This document shows, in pieces, positions 9,174 through 18,727 of a stretch of DNA of 53,808 nt. The notes under the pieces are model-generated. The model did not search any database. It saw nothing but the letters and a program-made list of their open reading frames with translations, and was not told the origin of the DNA. The translations under genes were made by a program, and so were the position numbers. How positions within the stretch are numbered: the stretch's first letter is position 1; every line of letters starts with the position of its first letter. The stretch is from Acidimicrobiia bacterium (GTDB lineage Bacteria > Actinomycetota > Acidimicrobiia > Spongiisociales > ZC4RG35), in assembly GCA_041599115.1 (NCBI GenBank), contig JBFHXF010000002.1, forward strand, positions 1 through 53,808, written 5' to 3'.

Positions 9174-9956
9174 GTGAGCCGTCCGATTCGCATAGCCGTG
9201 GCCCTGCAGCCACAGCACGCCGAGTTTTTCGAGATTCGGGCCGCGGTCGCTCGAGCCGAGGAACTGGGCGCCGACATCGTCTTCAATTGGGATCACTTCT
9301 TCCCGCTGAGCGGTGACCCCGCCGGAAAGCACTTCGAGTGCTGGACCATGCTCGGTGCTTGGGCCGAGATGACCGAGAGAGTTGAGATCGGCCCACTGGT
9401 CACTGCCAATAGCTACCGAAACCCCGAGCTCCTCGCCGACATGGCTCGCACCGTGGATCACGCCTCTGAGGGGAGACTCATACTGGGGATCGGCGCCGGC
9501 TGGTTCAAACACGACTACGACGAGTACGGATACGAATTCGGAACGCCCGGGAGCCGGCTCGCTGCCCTGCGGGAGTCACTTCCCAGAATCAAATCGAGAC
9601 TGCCGAGACTGAATCCGCCGCCGACCCGCGACATCCCGTTGCTCATTGGCGGTGGGGGCGAGAAGAAGACTCTTCGATACACCGCCGAACACGCCGACAT
9701 CTGGCATGGATTCGGACCTCCGGACGTGATCAGACACAAGAACAACGTTCTCGACCGTTGGTGCGCCGATCTGGGCCGCGACCCGGGATCGATCGAACGA
9801 TCCTGTGGCGCCAACCCGAAACGACCGGAGACCGGCGACAGCTATCTCGAGGCGGGAGCCACCCTGCTGACACTCGGATTCGACGGCCGAACCGGATACG
9901 ACCTCTCTCCCGTGCCGGAATGGCTGGCATGGCGCGATCGGCGCAACTCCTCTTGA
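9174..9956 (+). CDS. LLM-class (luciferase-like) F420-dependent oxidoreductase
   Basis: 260 aa. '[33 protein letters not shown]', '[11 protein letters not shown]' and '[11 protein letters not shown]' form the typical LLM/F420 pattern. Confidence 0.8.
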   Translation: MSRPIRIAVALQPQHAEFFEIRAAVARAEELGADIVFNWDHFFPLSGDPAGKHFECWTMLGAWAEMTERVEIGPLVTANSYRNPELLADMARTVDHASEGRLILGIGAGWFKHDYDEYGYEFGTPGSRLAALRESLPRIKSRLPRLNPPPTRDIPLLIGGGGEKKTLRYTAEHADIWHGFGPPDVIRHKNNVLDRWCADLGRDPGSIERSCGANPKRPETGDSYLEAGATLLTLGFDGRTGYDLSPVPEWLAWRDRRNSS

Positions 9957-9968
9957 CCGGGGCCATTG

Positions 9969-11627
9969 TCAGCCGCGGATATCACGTCTCTCGAAAAGCG
10001 GTATCGACCCGGCGAGGAGGATCACGGCAAGCAATGAAAGGACAGCGGCGCTCCCCCAGTTCATGCCATTGAGAAGCGGCTCACCTTCGGTGTAGTAGTG
10101 AAAAGGCGAGAGACGGGCCCACACCGCGAGCCTGTCGCTGACGGAAAGGAATGAATCGGCGAAATAGGCGACAAAGGCCAGTCCCGAGGCGGTATATGCG
10201 GCCAACTTGCGGCTTCCGGTGGCCCCGCCGACCAGCAGGGCAACGGACCCGAAAGCCAGACCGAGCAACGCCGCCAGCAGGCTGGCCCCTCCGATATTGG
10301 GATATGAGATACCCAAGCCACCGAGAGCCGCGCCGGCGGACACACCGAGGAAAGTTGCCACGCCGAGAATGAAAGCCAGCAGCACCATGGCCAGGGCCTT
10401 CTCCAGCACGATCCGGGATCTCTTCACCGGGTTGGACAGGAGCAGATCCATGGTGTTGGCCTCTTCCTCTCCGGCGAGACTCCGCGATCCAACGACGACC
10501 GTCACAACGATGATGGCCGCCGGGACAACCATGCTGAACAACTCGCCGTGAAACCATCCTTCGGGTGTCGACATATCGACTCCACCCACCAGGGCAAGCA
10601 CCGCCTTGGGCATCACTGCCATCAGATCCACCAGGACGCCGCTCAAAGCGTTGTACATCGGCCCCACGACGAGGGCGATGTAGAAGATGGCCATGGCCGA
10701 AACCACCGCAACACCGCGATACTCGGAGGTGGTCTTTGCGGCGATCGAAGAGACTTTTGCCGTTCCGGTTAGCCGCGCCGCCAGTTTGGCGGTCATGGGG
10801 TGCTCCTTGAGACGCTCGAGGAGCGACGAACCTCCCTCACCGGCACGAAGGTCCCGCCGGTTGACGCCGACGACAGCGACAGCAACGAGGAGGGCTGCGC
10901 CGCCAAGGAGGACAGCGAGATGCCCCCAGTCCACGCCATTGGACAGGGGTCGCGAAGAGTTGAAGTAGTACCAGGGAAACACTCTTGCGAAGTCCGCGAG
11001 GGATTCGATGAGAGGAAGCAATCCACCTGCGAGGAAGGACAGGATCAGGACTCCCGCCGACCATCCCGAGGCGCTGGTGCGATTCCCGGTCCAGGACCCG
11101 AGAAACAAGGCGAGAGCCCCAAAAAAGAGTGCGAGTGCAAACACGTGGGTCATGGCCGCGCCGAGTTCGATGCGCGACATGTCGGTCCCGTATGCCAGCG
11201 CCACCAGATACGAGCCTCCCCACACCAAGAATGTCGCCACCGCCAGCAAGACGGCCATCGCCGCGGTCTTTGACAAGAGCAGCTGGGTGCGACTTCTCGG
11301 GTTGGCCAGCAACACACCCATGGTGCCTGCGGCCTCTTCCCCGGCGATGGCGGAGGCTCCCATCGAAATGGCGAGGCCGGCCAATGCCAGGGGTGCCATC
11401 AAGTTCGACATCTCACCAAGGACCAGGGATCCCGCCGACGTCACGTCGGTTATGCCGACCACAGAGAGAAACGCCTCCGGAAGCGCGTTGAACATCTCCG
11501 AGATCGTCTGGTCCAGACCGGAGTAGGCAGCCAAGCCGAGCACCGCCACCGATACCACCCCGAGCACACCCACCAGAGTGGCAATCCGGCGATCCCGAAT
11601 CGATTTTGTGAAGACGTTGCCGAGCAT
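9969..11627 (-). CDS. ABC-2 type exporter permease, internally duplicated (two 6-TM halves)
   Basis: 552 aa and very hydrophobic. The two halves each carry an 'AGEEE(A/N)GTM(D/G)(V/L)LL(A/S)NP' motif. It overlaps the upstream ATPase gene by 1 nt. Confidence 0.8.
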   Translation of the reverse strand: MLGNVFTKSIRDRRIATLVGVLGVVSVAVLGLAAYSGLDQTISEMFNALPEAFLSVVGITDVTSAGSLVLGEMSNLMAPLALAGLAISMGASAIAGEEAAGTMGVLLANPRSRTQLLLSKTAAMAVLLAVATFLVWGGSYLVALAYGTDMSRIELGAAMTHVFALALFFGALALFLGSWTGNRTSASGWSAGVLILSFLAGGLLPLIESLADFARVFPWYYFNSSRPLSNGVDWGHLAVLLGGAALLVAVAVVGVNRRDLRAGEGGSSLLERLKEHPMTAKLAARLTGTAKVSSIAAKTTSEYRGVAVVSAMAIFYIALVVGPMYNALSGVLVDLMAVMPKAVLALVGGVDMSTPEGWFHGELFSMVVPAAIIVVTVVVGSRSLAGEEEANTMDLLLSNPVKRSRIVLEKALAMVLLAFILGVATFLGVSAGAALGGLGISYPNIGGASLLAALLGLAFGSVALLVGGATGSRKLAAYTASGLAFVAYFADSFLSVSDRLAVWARLSPFHYYTEGEPLLNGMNWGSAAVLSLLAVILLAGSIPLFERRDIRG

Positions 11628-12541
11628 CAGGCCGACTGCTCCTCCGGGACCGACTCCCGGTAGTAGGTGAGGAAGATCTCCTCGAGATCCGCCTCGACAC
11701 TGTTGAGATTGACCAGGTCGTGCGCCATCGCAGCACGCAGGAGACCAGCCATTGGGCCTTCGAAAGACACCGAGACACGGGATCCCTCGACGGTGATATC
11801 CCGCACCCCCTCGACATTTCGGAAAACCGACTCTGCCACCGGACCGCCGAATTGCATGTCCAACCTTCTGATCGCCTTCTTCTTCAGCGAGTCGATGGTC
11901 TCAACGACCGCCAGACGGCCCATCCGGATGATCCCCACCCGATGGGCCACCCGCTCCACTTCGGAAAGGGTGTGGCTCGACAAAAAGACAGTCCGGCCCT
12001 CGCGGGCGGTCTCTCTCAGGAGGGCCTGGAAATCCTGCTGGACGAGGGGATCGAGACCGCCACTGGGCTCATCGAGTATCAACACCTCCGGCCTGTTCAT
12101 GAATGCCTGGATCAGACCTAGCTTTTGCCGGTTCCCTGACGAGTAATCGCCCACTTTCCGACTGAGATCCGCTCCGAATCGATCGGCTAGCTGCTCGACG
12201 TAGGACCACTCCACCCCACCCCTCAAGTTGGCGAAATACGCGAGAGTCTCCCGGCCGGTCAGATTCGGGTAGAGGGCCAGATCGGCAGGGAGATAACCGA
12301 CATATCGTCGAATCTCGACCGAGAACTCGTGGGAATCCATCCCCAAGATCGAGGCCTTGCCGGCAGTAGGTCGAATCAGGTCGAGAAGGGTCCTGATAGT
12401 GGTGGTCTTGCCGGCACCGTTCGGACCGAGAAACCCGAAAACCTCACCGGGGCCAACGGAAAGATTGAGATCCACCAGGGCTTTGACATCTCCATAGTGC
12501 TTGGTCAGACCCTCAGCAAGAATTGCAGGCTGATCGCTCAT
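11627..12541 (-). CDS. ABC transporter ATP-binding protein
   Basis: Walker A 'GPNGAGKTT', signature 'YSSGNRQKLG', Walker B 'ILDEPSGGLD' and H-loop 'SSH'. Confidence 0.92.
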   Translation of the reverse strand: MSDQPAILAEGLTKHYGDVKALVDLNLSVGPGEVFGFLGPNGAGKTTTIRTLLDLIRPTAGKASILGMDSHEFSVEIRRYVGYLPADLALYPNLTGRETLAYFANLRGGVEWSYVEQLADRFGADLSRKVGDYSSGNRQKLGLIQAFMNRPEVLILDEPSGGLDPLVQQDFQALLRETAREGRTVFLSSHTLSEVERVAHRVGIIRMGRLAVVETIDSLKKKAIRRLDMQFGGPVAESVFRNVEGVRDITVEGSRVSVSFEGPMAGLLRAAMAHDLVNLNSVEADLEEIFLTYYRESVPEEQSA

Positions 12542-12649
12542 GGCATCTCCTTTTCCAACCTGGCCCGAAGAAGTTCCATGATGCCCGGCCGTTCCTATTT
12601 GAAGAAATCTGCCACAGGACCCATTCTCGGGGCTTGACGGCAGAAGGTC

Positions 12650-13537
12650 TCAGACCCCTGTCGTCATGGGCTCAGGCCGCAGTTTCTCGTCCTCTTCCTC
12701 GGACACCGCCGGCTGAGAGCGTCTCATCCACCACAACACGGCGAGACCGGCGACACCGGCGGCAAGGCCACTGATCTGGTTCCAGGTGAACGCTCCGATG
12801 ATGGCGTCACCGTTGCCGAAACGAAGACCATCGAGGATGAAGCGTTGGATCCCGTACCAGGCAACCCAGAGAAAGAAGAGTTGCCCGTAATGAAGACGGA
12901 CCCTCCGGTAGACCAGAAAAAGCACACCAATGAGAAACAGGGCCCCGATCATGTCGTACATCGCCACATGGTGGTAGACGCCACAGAAACCGTCTGGACG
13001 CGCTTGTGAGGCGACGCACTCGAGACCATTGTGCTGCGGGGCAACGTCGTATCCGGGCTTGATTCCATACCCCCACCAAACGTCGGTGGCGCGCCCGAGG
13101 TGCTCGACAATTGCCAGATCCCCGATGCGGCCGATGATGGTGCCCAGGGCCAAACCGAATGAGGACATGTCGAGAGTGGCAATGACCGGAAGCCCGACCT
13201 GTTTCATCCGCCAAACCCCGGCGATGATCCCCCCAGCGAACCCTCCCATGATCGAGAAATTGCCCTGGATGGGATTCAGCGCCGTCAACAGCGGCACACC
13301 GTCCATCAGCTGCGCCGGCATGGTGAAGTATCTGGCTCCAAGCAAGGCGCCGACAAGACCCCAGGTGACCGCCGATTGGTACTTGAGGGTGTCGAACCCC
13401 CTTTTTCCCATCTCTCTCGAGGCAAGCCAGGCGCCCGCCACGAACCCGATGGCGGCGAACAACCCGTGTAACGAGAAGTTGAACGGGCCCAACTGCCAGA
13501 TGGGGATAGGTGGATAGCTGAAGGCTGCGAACATCAC
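12650..13537 (-). CDS. lgt: Prolipoprotein diacylglyceryl transferase
   Basis: 295 aa. 'LGPFNFSLHGLFAAIGFVAG', 'GARYF', 'GGFAGG' and 'GRIGDL' match Lgt motifs. Confidence 0.9.
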   Translation of the reverse strand: MMFAAFSYPPIPIWQLGPFNFSLHGLFAAIGFVAGAWLASREMGKRGFDTLKYQSAVTWGLVGALLGARYFTMPAQLMDGVPLLTALNPIQGNFSIMGGFAGGIIAGVWRMKQVGLPVIATLDMSSFGLALGTIIGRIGDLAIVEHLGRATDVWWGYGIKPGYDVAPQHNGLECVASQARPDGFCGVYHHVAMYDMIGALFLIGVLFLVYRRVRLHYGQLFFLWVAWYGIQRFILDGLRFGNGDAIIGAFTWNQISGLAAGVAGLAVLWWMRRSQPAVSEEEDEKLRPEPMTTGV

Positions 13538-13609
13538 GGTGAGGGTACCCAGCGAATCGATCTATATGCCGACGGTCCACAGCTCACCTGAAGGCTAAAG
13601 TCCCCCGAC

Positions 13610-14746
13610 GTGAGCGACTTGCTGGCAGCCGTGTCCACGGCCCTGGACACACCCCAAGATCTGATCAAGAGATCCGCGGCGGCACGCGCCGCCGCCAACG
13701 GGACAAGTGTCGACGACGTCCTTGCCGCCTGGTCCGGCGGGGCACCCCTGGCGGCGCCTGCGCCCGCTCCCGCCGCTGCAGAGCAGACGCCCACCGTCAC
13801 AGAAGCGCCGGTGTCGGATTCGACCTTCGATAGCCCGGCTCCTCAAGCCGAGACGGCCGGCACCACCCACGCGCTTCTGGCTCAGGAACCGATCGCGGTG
13901 GCGGTACTCGACGAGCCGGAGGGGTTCGAGCCGGTGCCGGTGGGACAACGTGTGCGGGCGGCAACCAGGGTCGGGGCATGGACGGGAGGCATCCTTGGCC
14001 TGATTGGGTTCCTTGTGGCCACAACCCGGTGGGCTGGTAGCACGACGGTTACCGGTGAGGGACCTTACTCGCCTGTGATCCAGGCAGGCTCAACCTCGGT
14101 CATCCTCGGCCTCACTCTGGTGAGCGTCTTCTTCGGGGCAGTCGTGGCCGGATTGTCCCGGTCCGTTACCGGTTGGGTCAATCCCGGAATGCGCTTGAGC
14201 AACTCCGCCCGATCAACCACATGGATTGGAGGGTTCCTGGGACTCGTGCTCGGAGTTGTAGCCGGAGCCCTCTTGACGAGTTCCTTTGGCACTCCCATCG
14301 AAGGATCCGAGGGGCTGATTCAGATGCCGGTACTGGCGACTGTCTGGGTCATGATCGTCGGGGGAGCCTTCCTCGGTGGTCTGACCGCGGCCATAACCCA
14401 GGCCGTCGGCGTTCCCGTCTCCGTCACCGAGGACAGAGCCGAGATAGTCGCCGTCAAGGGCAGGCTGACCGCTGCTGTGGCGGTCCCCATGACGGCTCTA
14501 GTCGCGCTTTTGATCCTCGTACTCCCCTTTGCCTGGGCTCTGCTCGAGTCAAACGGGCTCACCTCCGGAGGAGCCGCCATTGTTGGCGTCATAACGGCGA
14601 TAGGCATTCTGGTGTTTGCCTCGCTGGCGGGAAGCAGGCCCAGCATCAAGCTCTCGCTTGGAGAAGGAATTGTCGCGGTCATTGGCATCGTGACAGTTGT
14701 TGGTGTGATCGTCGCGGTGTTTCTGGCCAGGGGCTCCGCCGGCTGA
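13610..14746 (+). CDS. 7-TM membrane protein with soluble N-terminal domain and Ala/Pro linker (paralog A)
   Basis: 378 aa with a GTG start. It is clearly paralogous to the next gene, sharing 'PGMRLS', 'MPV(L/I)AT', 'VTQA', 'LPFAWAL(L/I)ES', 'SGGA' and 'S(L/I)GEG'. I count seven hydrophobic helices by eye. Confidence 0.7.
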   Translation: MSDLLAAVSTALDTPQDLIKRSAAARAAANGTSVDDVLAAWSGGAPLAAPAPAPAAAEQTPTVTEAPVSDSTFDSPAPQAETAGTTHALLAQEPIAVAVLDEPEGFEPVPVGQRVRAATRVGAWTGGILGLIGFLVATTRWAGSTTVTGEGPYSPVIQAGSTSVILGLTLVSVFFGAVVAGLSRSVTGWVNPGMRLSNSARSTTWIGGFLGLVLGVVAGALLTSSFGTPIEGSEGLIQMPVLATVWVMIVGGAFLGGLTAAITQAVGVPVSVTEDRAEIVAVKGRLTAAVAVPMTALVALLILVLPFAWALLESNGLTSGGAAIVGVITAIGILVFASLAGSRPSIKLSLGEGIVAVIGIVTVVGVIVAVFLARGSAG

Positions 14747-14812
14747 CCCACCTCGGCAAGGAGCCCCATTCCGGGCCGCTTCGACGGGGAAGGCAGGGCT
14801 AGTGTCCTGTCG

Positions 14813-15991
14813 ATGAGCGACCAGCCTCCAGAATCGGTCCTGGTGAGACCTGATCCTTCCAGTTCCCCAGAAGCCATCCCAATCAGGCGACGTCTCCTCA
14901 TGGTGCTTCGTGTCGGCGCCGTGACCGGCGGTGGCCTCGGTCTGGTGGGATCCCTTGTGGCGCTGCTGGTATCGGTCACGACCAGCGCTGAGAACGGCCC
15001 GCTCATCCAAAGTGACGCTGTCTCGGTGATCCTGAGTGGTGCCCTGATCGGCAGCCTGATGGGCGTGATCATCGCCATCACCTCCCGATTGATGGGTGAT
15101 CGCGTGAGCCCGGGCATGCGTCTCAGCAGCCCGACCAGTGCCACGGCCCGGCTTGGAGCCGTTGTGGGCTTGCTTCTTGGTGCACTCGAAAGCGCCATTC
15201 TGACCGGGCTGTTCGCAACCGGGGTGGCTGGAAACCAGGGCCCGGTCGAAATGCCAGTGATCGCCACTTTCTTGGTGATGGTCCTCGGCGGGATTCTGTT
15301 GGGCACGGTCACCGCGGTCGTCACCCAGGCGGCAGACATCCCTGTTGCCGTCTCAGAGAGCGTCGACGAGATCACCACTGTGCGAAAGAGGCTGACCGCA
15401 GCATTGGGAGTCCCGCTAACGGCCTTGCTGATCCTGCTGATAATCGTGCTTCCGTTTGCCTGGGCCCTCATCGAATCGGACCATCTCGCCTCAGGTGGCG
15501 CGGTTGTGGTCGGGATAGTTGCATCGCTTGCCATCCTCGCCATTGCTACCTCCGGAAGGACACTTCCCCGCCTGGGGATCTCGATCGGAGAGGGAGTTCT
15601 GGCGACCACTGCGGTCGTCATGATCATCGCTGCAGTTGCTGTGCTCCTCGTGGTCAGGGAGCCTGGCGGGCCCGTGGCATCGGGAGGCGGAGGCAGTGTC
15701 GCCATAACGGCAACCGGCGACATCACCTTCGACCAGAACGCTTGGACCTCGGAGGAAGGCGCGATAACCATCATCTATACCGATGAAGGCCCGCTCCGCC
15801 ACACCCTCCTCGTCGAAGGACACGAATCAGATCTCGAATTGGAAGTAAAACAGGACGGACAGGTCGATCAGGGCGTCATCAACCTCCCGGCTGGGACCTA
15901 CACCTTGTATTGCGGTATCAAGGGGCATCGCAAGGCAGGGATGGAAGGCACCCTCACCGTCACCGCGACACCCGCCCCGCCGGCCACCTGA
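14813..15991 (+). CDS. 7-TM membrane protein fused to a C-terminal type-1-copper cupredoxin domain (paralog B)
   Basis: 392 aa. The C-terminal roughly 95 aa read 'VAITATGDITFDQ...RHTLLVEG...GTYTLYCGIKGHRKAGMEGTLTVTA'. Candidate ligands are His (RHTL), Cys367 (15911-15913), His372 (15926-15928) and Met377 (15941-15943), in the Cupredoxin_1/rusticyanin-like spacing C-x4-H-x4-M. Confidence 0.8.
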   Translation: MSDQPPESVLVRPDPSSSPEAIPIRRRLLMVLRVGAVTGGGLGLVGSLVALLVSVTTSAENGPLIQSDAVSVILSGALIGSLMGVIIAITSRLMGDRVSPGMRLSSPTSATARLGAVVGLLLGALESAILTGLFATGVAGNQGPVEMPVIATFLVMVLGGILLGTVTAVVTQAADIPVAVSESVDEITTVRKRLTAALGVPLTALLILLIIVLPFAWALIESDHLASGGAVVVGIVASLAILAIATSGRTLPRLGISIGEGVLATTAVVMIIAAVAVLLVVREPGGPVASGGGGSVAITATGDITFDQNAWTSEEGAITIIYTDEGPLRHTLLVEGHESDLELEVKQDGQVDQGVINLPAGTYTLYCGIKGHRKAGMEGTLTVTATPAPPAT

Positions 15992-16153
15992 AACGAACCG
16001 GCGCTGCCGTTCTCCGGCTCAGATATCATCGAGAATCGGCGACAAGACAGGGGGTCACACGCCTAGGCTTTTCCACCGTGACGGGCACGCATTGGGACTC
16101 CCCTGATGATCGACGAGCGTGCCGGTACCCGTGAAGAGGAAAGAGGAGGATTG

Positions 16154-16591
16154 ATGCGTTTAACGAGAATGGTGATGGCGTTTGCACTGATTGCGATGGT
16201 GCTGGCCGCCTGCACCAGCAGCGGCTCGAGCGTCGACGTCTCGCTTTATGAATGGGGTCTGGACCGGGCACCGACCAGTGTCAGTGCCGGCGACGTCACC
16301 TTCAAGGCAACCAACGATGGCAGCGAGACGCACGAGATGGTGGTCGTGAAAGCAGACTCGGCCGCGGACATCCCGACCGACGCGGACGGCGCGGCGGACG
16401 AGAGTCAGATGGACGAAACAGTGTTCATAGGCGAGGTTGAGGATGTGGAAGCCGGTGCCAACAAGAGCGTGACCCTCACACTCGAGCCAGGCACTTATGT
16501 CATCTTCTGCAATGTCACCGAAACCGAGTCGGACGGGACGGTTGAGAGTCATTTCGCCAAGGGGATGTACAACACCATCACCGTCAGCTGA
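16154..16591 (+). CDS. Cupredoxin-domain lipoprotein
   Basis: The ATG at 16154 is preceded by a strong SD (GAGGAGGA). The signal peptide has a lipobox 'MVLAAC'. The cupredoxin pattern is 'VTFKATNDGSETHEMVVV ... GTYVIFCNVTETESDGTVESHFAKGMYNTITV' (His, Cys, His, Met candidates with a long Cys-His loop). Confidence 0.8.
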   Translation: MRLTRMVMAFALIAMVLAACTSSGSSVDVSLYEWGLDRAPTSVSAGDVTFKATNDGSETHEMVVVKADSAADIPTDADGAADESQMDETVFIGEVEDVEAGANKSVTLTLEPGTYVIFCNVTETESDGTVESHFAKGMYNTITVS

Positions 16592-16643
16592 TCAACCAAA
16601 CCACCTGACAAATAGGCATTGATCACCCGTTGAGTCTGCAGAT

Positions 16644-17615
16644 TCAGCGGGTGATCTGCATTCCGTTCACGGCAGCCGACAGATCGCCGTCGAGCAGGGC
16701 CGCCCTGATCCCCTCGGCGACTTCGACGGCTACCCGGAGTTGAGCCTCCCTGGTCGAAGCGCCCAGATGCGGGGTCAAGACCAGATTCGGCGCCATCCGA
16801 AGCGGACTGTCAGGAGGAAGAGGCTCGCTCTCATAGACGTCCAGGGCGGCGCCCGCAATTCTCGCCTCGCTCAGGGCGCTTGCGAGCGCGGCCTCATCGA
16901 CCACACCACCCCTTGACACATTTATCAGCACCACCCCCGGCCTCATCCGGGCAAAGGCTTCATCAGAGATCATTCCGTGGGTTTCTACATTGAGGGGAAC
17001 GTGACATGAGATCACGTCGGCGGAGTCGAGAACCGCATCGAAACCGGTGAGTGTGATTCCCAGCTCGACCGATCGCTCCTGGGTGAGGTAGGGATCGAAG
17101 GCAATCACTTTCATGCCAAATGCCTGACACCGCTTCGCCACCTCGGCTCCAATCCTGCCGGCACCCACCAGACCCAGAGTTCGACCGTGTAGTTCGGTGC
17201 CCATGAACGCAGACCGTTCCCACCTGCCCTCACGAACCGAATGATCAGCGGGAGGGATCGATCGGATTGCAGACAACATGAGAGCCATGGTGAGCTCCGC
17301 CGCGGCGATGGTGTTGCCGTTCGGAGCGTTCATCACAGCGATTCCCCGCGCGGTGGCAGCTCTTAGGTCGATGTTGTCTATCCCCACGCCTGCCCGGCCG
17401 ACGACTGCCAGTCGGGGAGCCATTGCCATCATCGCGTCGTCTACTGTCGTGGCACTGCGGACTATTAGGGCGGAAGCCCGGCCGAGGGCCTCCTTGAATA
17501 CATCCGACGATGAGTCGTCGATGTTGACCACCTCGAATCGATCATCCTCGGTGAGAACCTCCAAGCCCTTTGGAGAGACACGATCCGTGGCAACGACGAC
17601 CAGACCACCGCTCAC
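16644..17615 (-). CDS. D-isomer-specific 2-hydroxyacid dehydrogenase (phosphoglycerate dehydrogenase / hydroxypyruvate reductase-like, no ACT domain)
   Basis: 323 aa. NAD-binding 'GLVGAGRIGAEVA', plus 'HVPL' and 'LINVSRGGVVDE...TPHLGAST'. Confidence 0.85.
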   Translation of the reverse strand: MSGGLVVVATDRVSPKGLEVLTEDDRFEVVNIDDSSSDVFKEALGRASALIVRSATTVDDAMMAMAPRLAVVGRAGVGIDNIDLRAATARGIAVMNAPNGNTIAAAELTMALMLSAIRSIPPADHSVREGRWERSAFMGTELHGRTLGLVGAGRIGAEVAKRCQAFGMKVIAFDPYLTQERSVELGITLTGFDAVLDSADVISCHVPLNVETHGMISDEAFARMRPGVVLINVSRGGVVDEAALASALSEARIAGAALDVYESEPLPPDSPLRMAPNLVLTPHLGASTREAQLRVAVEVAEGIRAALLDGDLSAAVNGMQITR

Positions 17616-18718
17616 CTCAGGACCTCACTCAGGACCGTGAGAAGTTCGTCCAACTCATCCAGGGTGTGGTCTCCCATGTGGCCGATGCGGAGCGTCGAGT
17701 CCTTGAGCTTGCCGTAACCGGATCCGATCACCCATCCCCTGGCCAGCATCTCCGCGACCACAGATTGGCCACCTTCTCCTCCGGGCATGGTCACGCACGT
17801 GACCGTGGGCGAACGGTGTCCCTCCACTGCGACAACCCCGACCTCGACGCCGTCTTTGGCCATCGTATCGACCCACTCGATAGTCCGGCTCTGCATTGCG
17901 GCATGACGGGCCCATCGAGCCTCCAATCCTTCCAAGGCCATGTGCCGTAGCTGGATCTGAAGGGCATACATCAGCGACACGGCCGGCGTTGCGGGCGTCT
18001 CGTCCCTCGACAAACTGTCGTAAAGGGGGATCAGGTCGAAGTAGTAACCCTTGTGTGTAGCGGAACGAGATCTGTTGATCATCGCTTCGGAGGCAGCGCC
18101 AAACGCCAGACCTGGCGGCAGCGCAAGAGCCTTCTGTGATCCGGTCACCACGAAATCGAGACCCCATTCGTCGGTTCTGACCTCGGCTCCACCGACGCCG
18201 GTGACGGAGTCGACCAGGAGCATCACTTCGTCTTCCTTCCCCACAACCTCGGCTATCGCCGCGAGGTCTTGAAGGGCTCCCGTCGAAGTTTCCGACTGGG
18301 AGAGGGTCACAGCGTGATAACCCCCGCGAGCCAGCCTGTCGGCCAGTTCACCTGGATCATGCACCTGCCCCCATTCGACATCCCATACCTCGGTGTCGTG
18401 ACCGCAGTTCATCGCAATTTGGGAGAACCTCTGAGAGAATGCCCCGTTGACCAGACTGAGGACCCTGCCACCGGCCACACCGTTGCGCACCGCAGCTTCC
18501 ATGAGGCCGGTGGCCGAGGACGTCGAAACGACGACCGGTCGTGCCGTCAAGAACACCTTCTGCAGGCCGCCTTGGATCTCGCCCATCAGTTCGTGGATGG
18601 CGGCGCCGCGATGGCCGATCATCTGGCGGGTTTGCGCCTCGAGGATCTCGGGACGCACCTCGGTCGGGCCGGGAAGAAAGAAGTGCCCGGAGGGCACGCC
18701 ACCTTGACTTACCATCAC
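17612..18718 (-). CDS. Class V aminotransferase (serine-glyoxylate / alanine-glyoxylate / phosphoserine aminotransferase-like)
   Basis: 368 aa. It has 'LLVDSVTGVGG' and 'VTGSQKALALPPGL', which contains the PLP lysine in an SQK motif. It overlaps the downstream dehydrogenase gene by 4 nt. Confidence 0.85.
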   Translation of the reverse strand: MMVSQGGVPSGHFFLPGPTEVRPEILEAQTRQMIGHRGAAIHELMGEIQGGLQKVFLTARPVVVSTSSATGLMEAAVRNGVAGGRVLSLVNGAFSQRFSQIAMNCGHDTEVWDVEWGQVHDPGELADRLARGGYHAVTLSQSETSTGALQDLAAIAEVVGKEDEVMLLVDSVTGVGGAEVRTDEWGLDFVVTGSQKALALPPGLAFGAASEAMINRSRSATHKGYYFDLIPLYDSLSRDETPATPAVSLMYALQIQLRHMALEGLEARWARHAAMQSRTIEWVDTMAKDGVEVGVVAVEGHRSPTVTCVTMPGGEGGQSVVAEMLARGWVIGSGYGKLKDSTLRIGHMGDHTLDELDELLTVLSEVLR

Positions 18719-18727
18719 GCTCCTCTT

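Noticed and set aside
14320-15774. 484-aa ORF antisense to the two 7-TM/cupredoxin genes
   Set aside because: It is a low-complexity Thr/Ala/Pro/Ser/Met-rich translation with no motifs. The sense strand encodes two mutually homologous membrane proteins plus a recognisable cupredoxin, which settles the coding strand.
16621-16656. Inverted repeat GATCACCCG...CGGGTGATC between the cupredoxin lipoprotein gene and the dehydrogenase gene
   Set aside because: It has a 9-bp stem but an 18-nt loop, and its right arm lies inside the dehydrogenase coding end (the stop is at 16644-16646). It is too weak to call a terminator with confidence.
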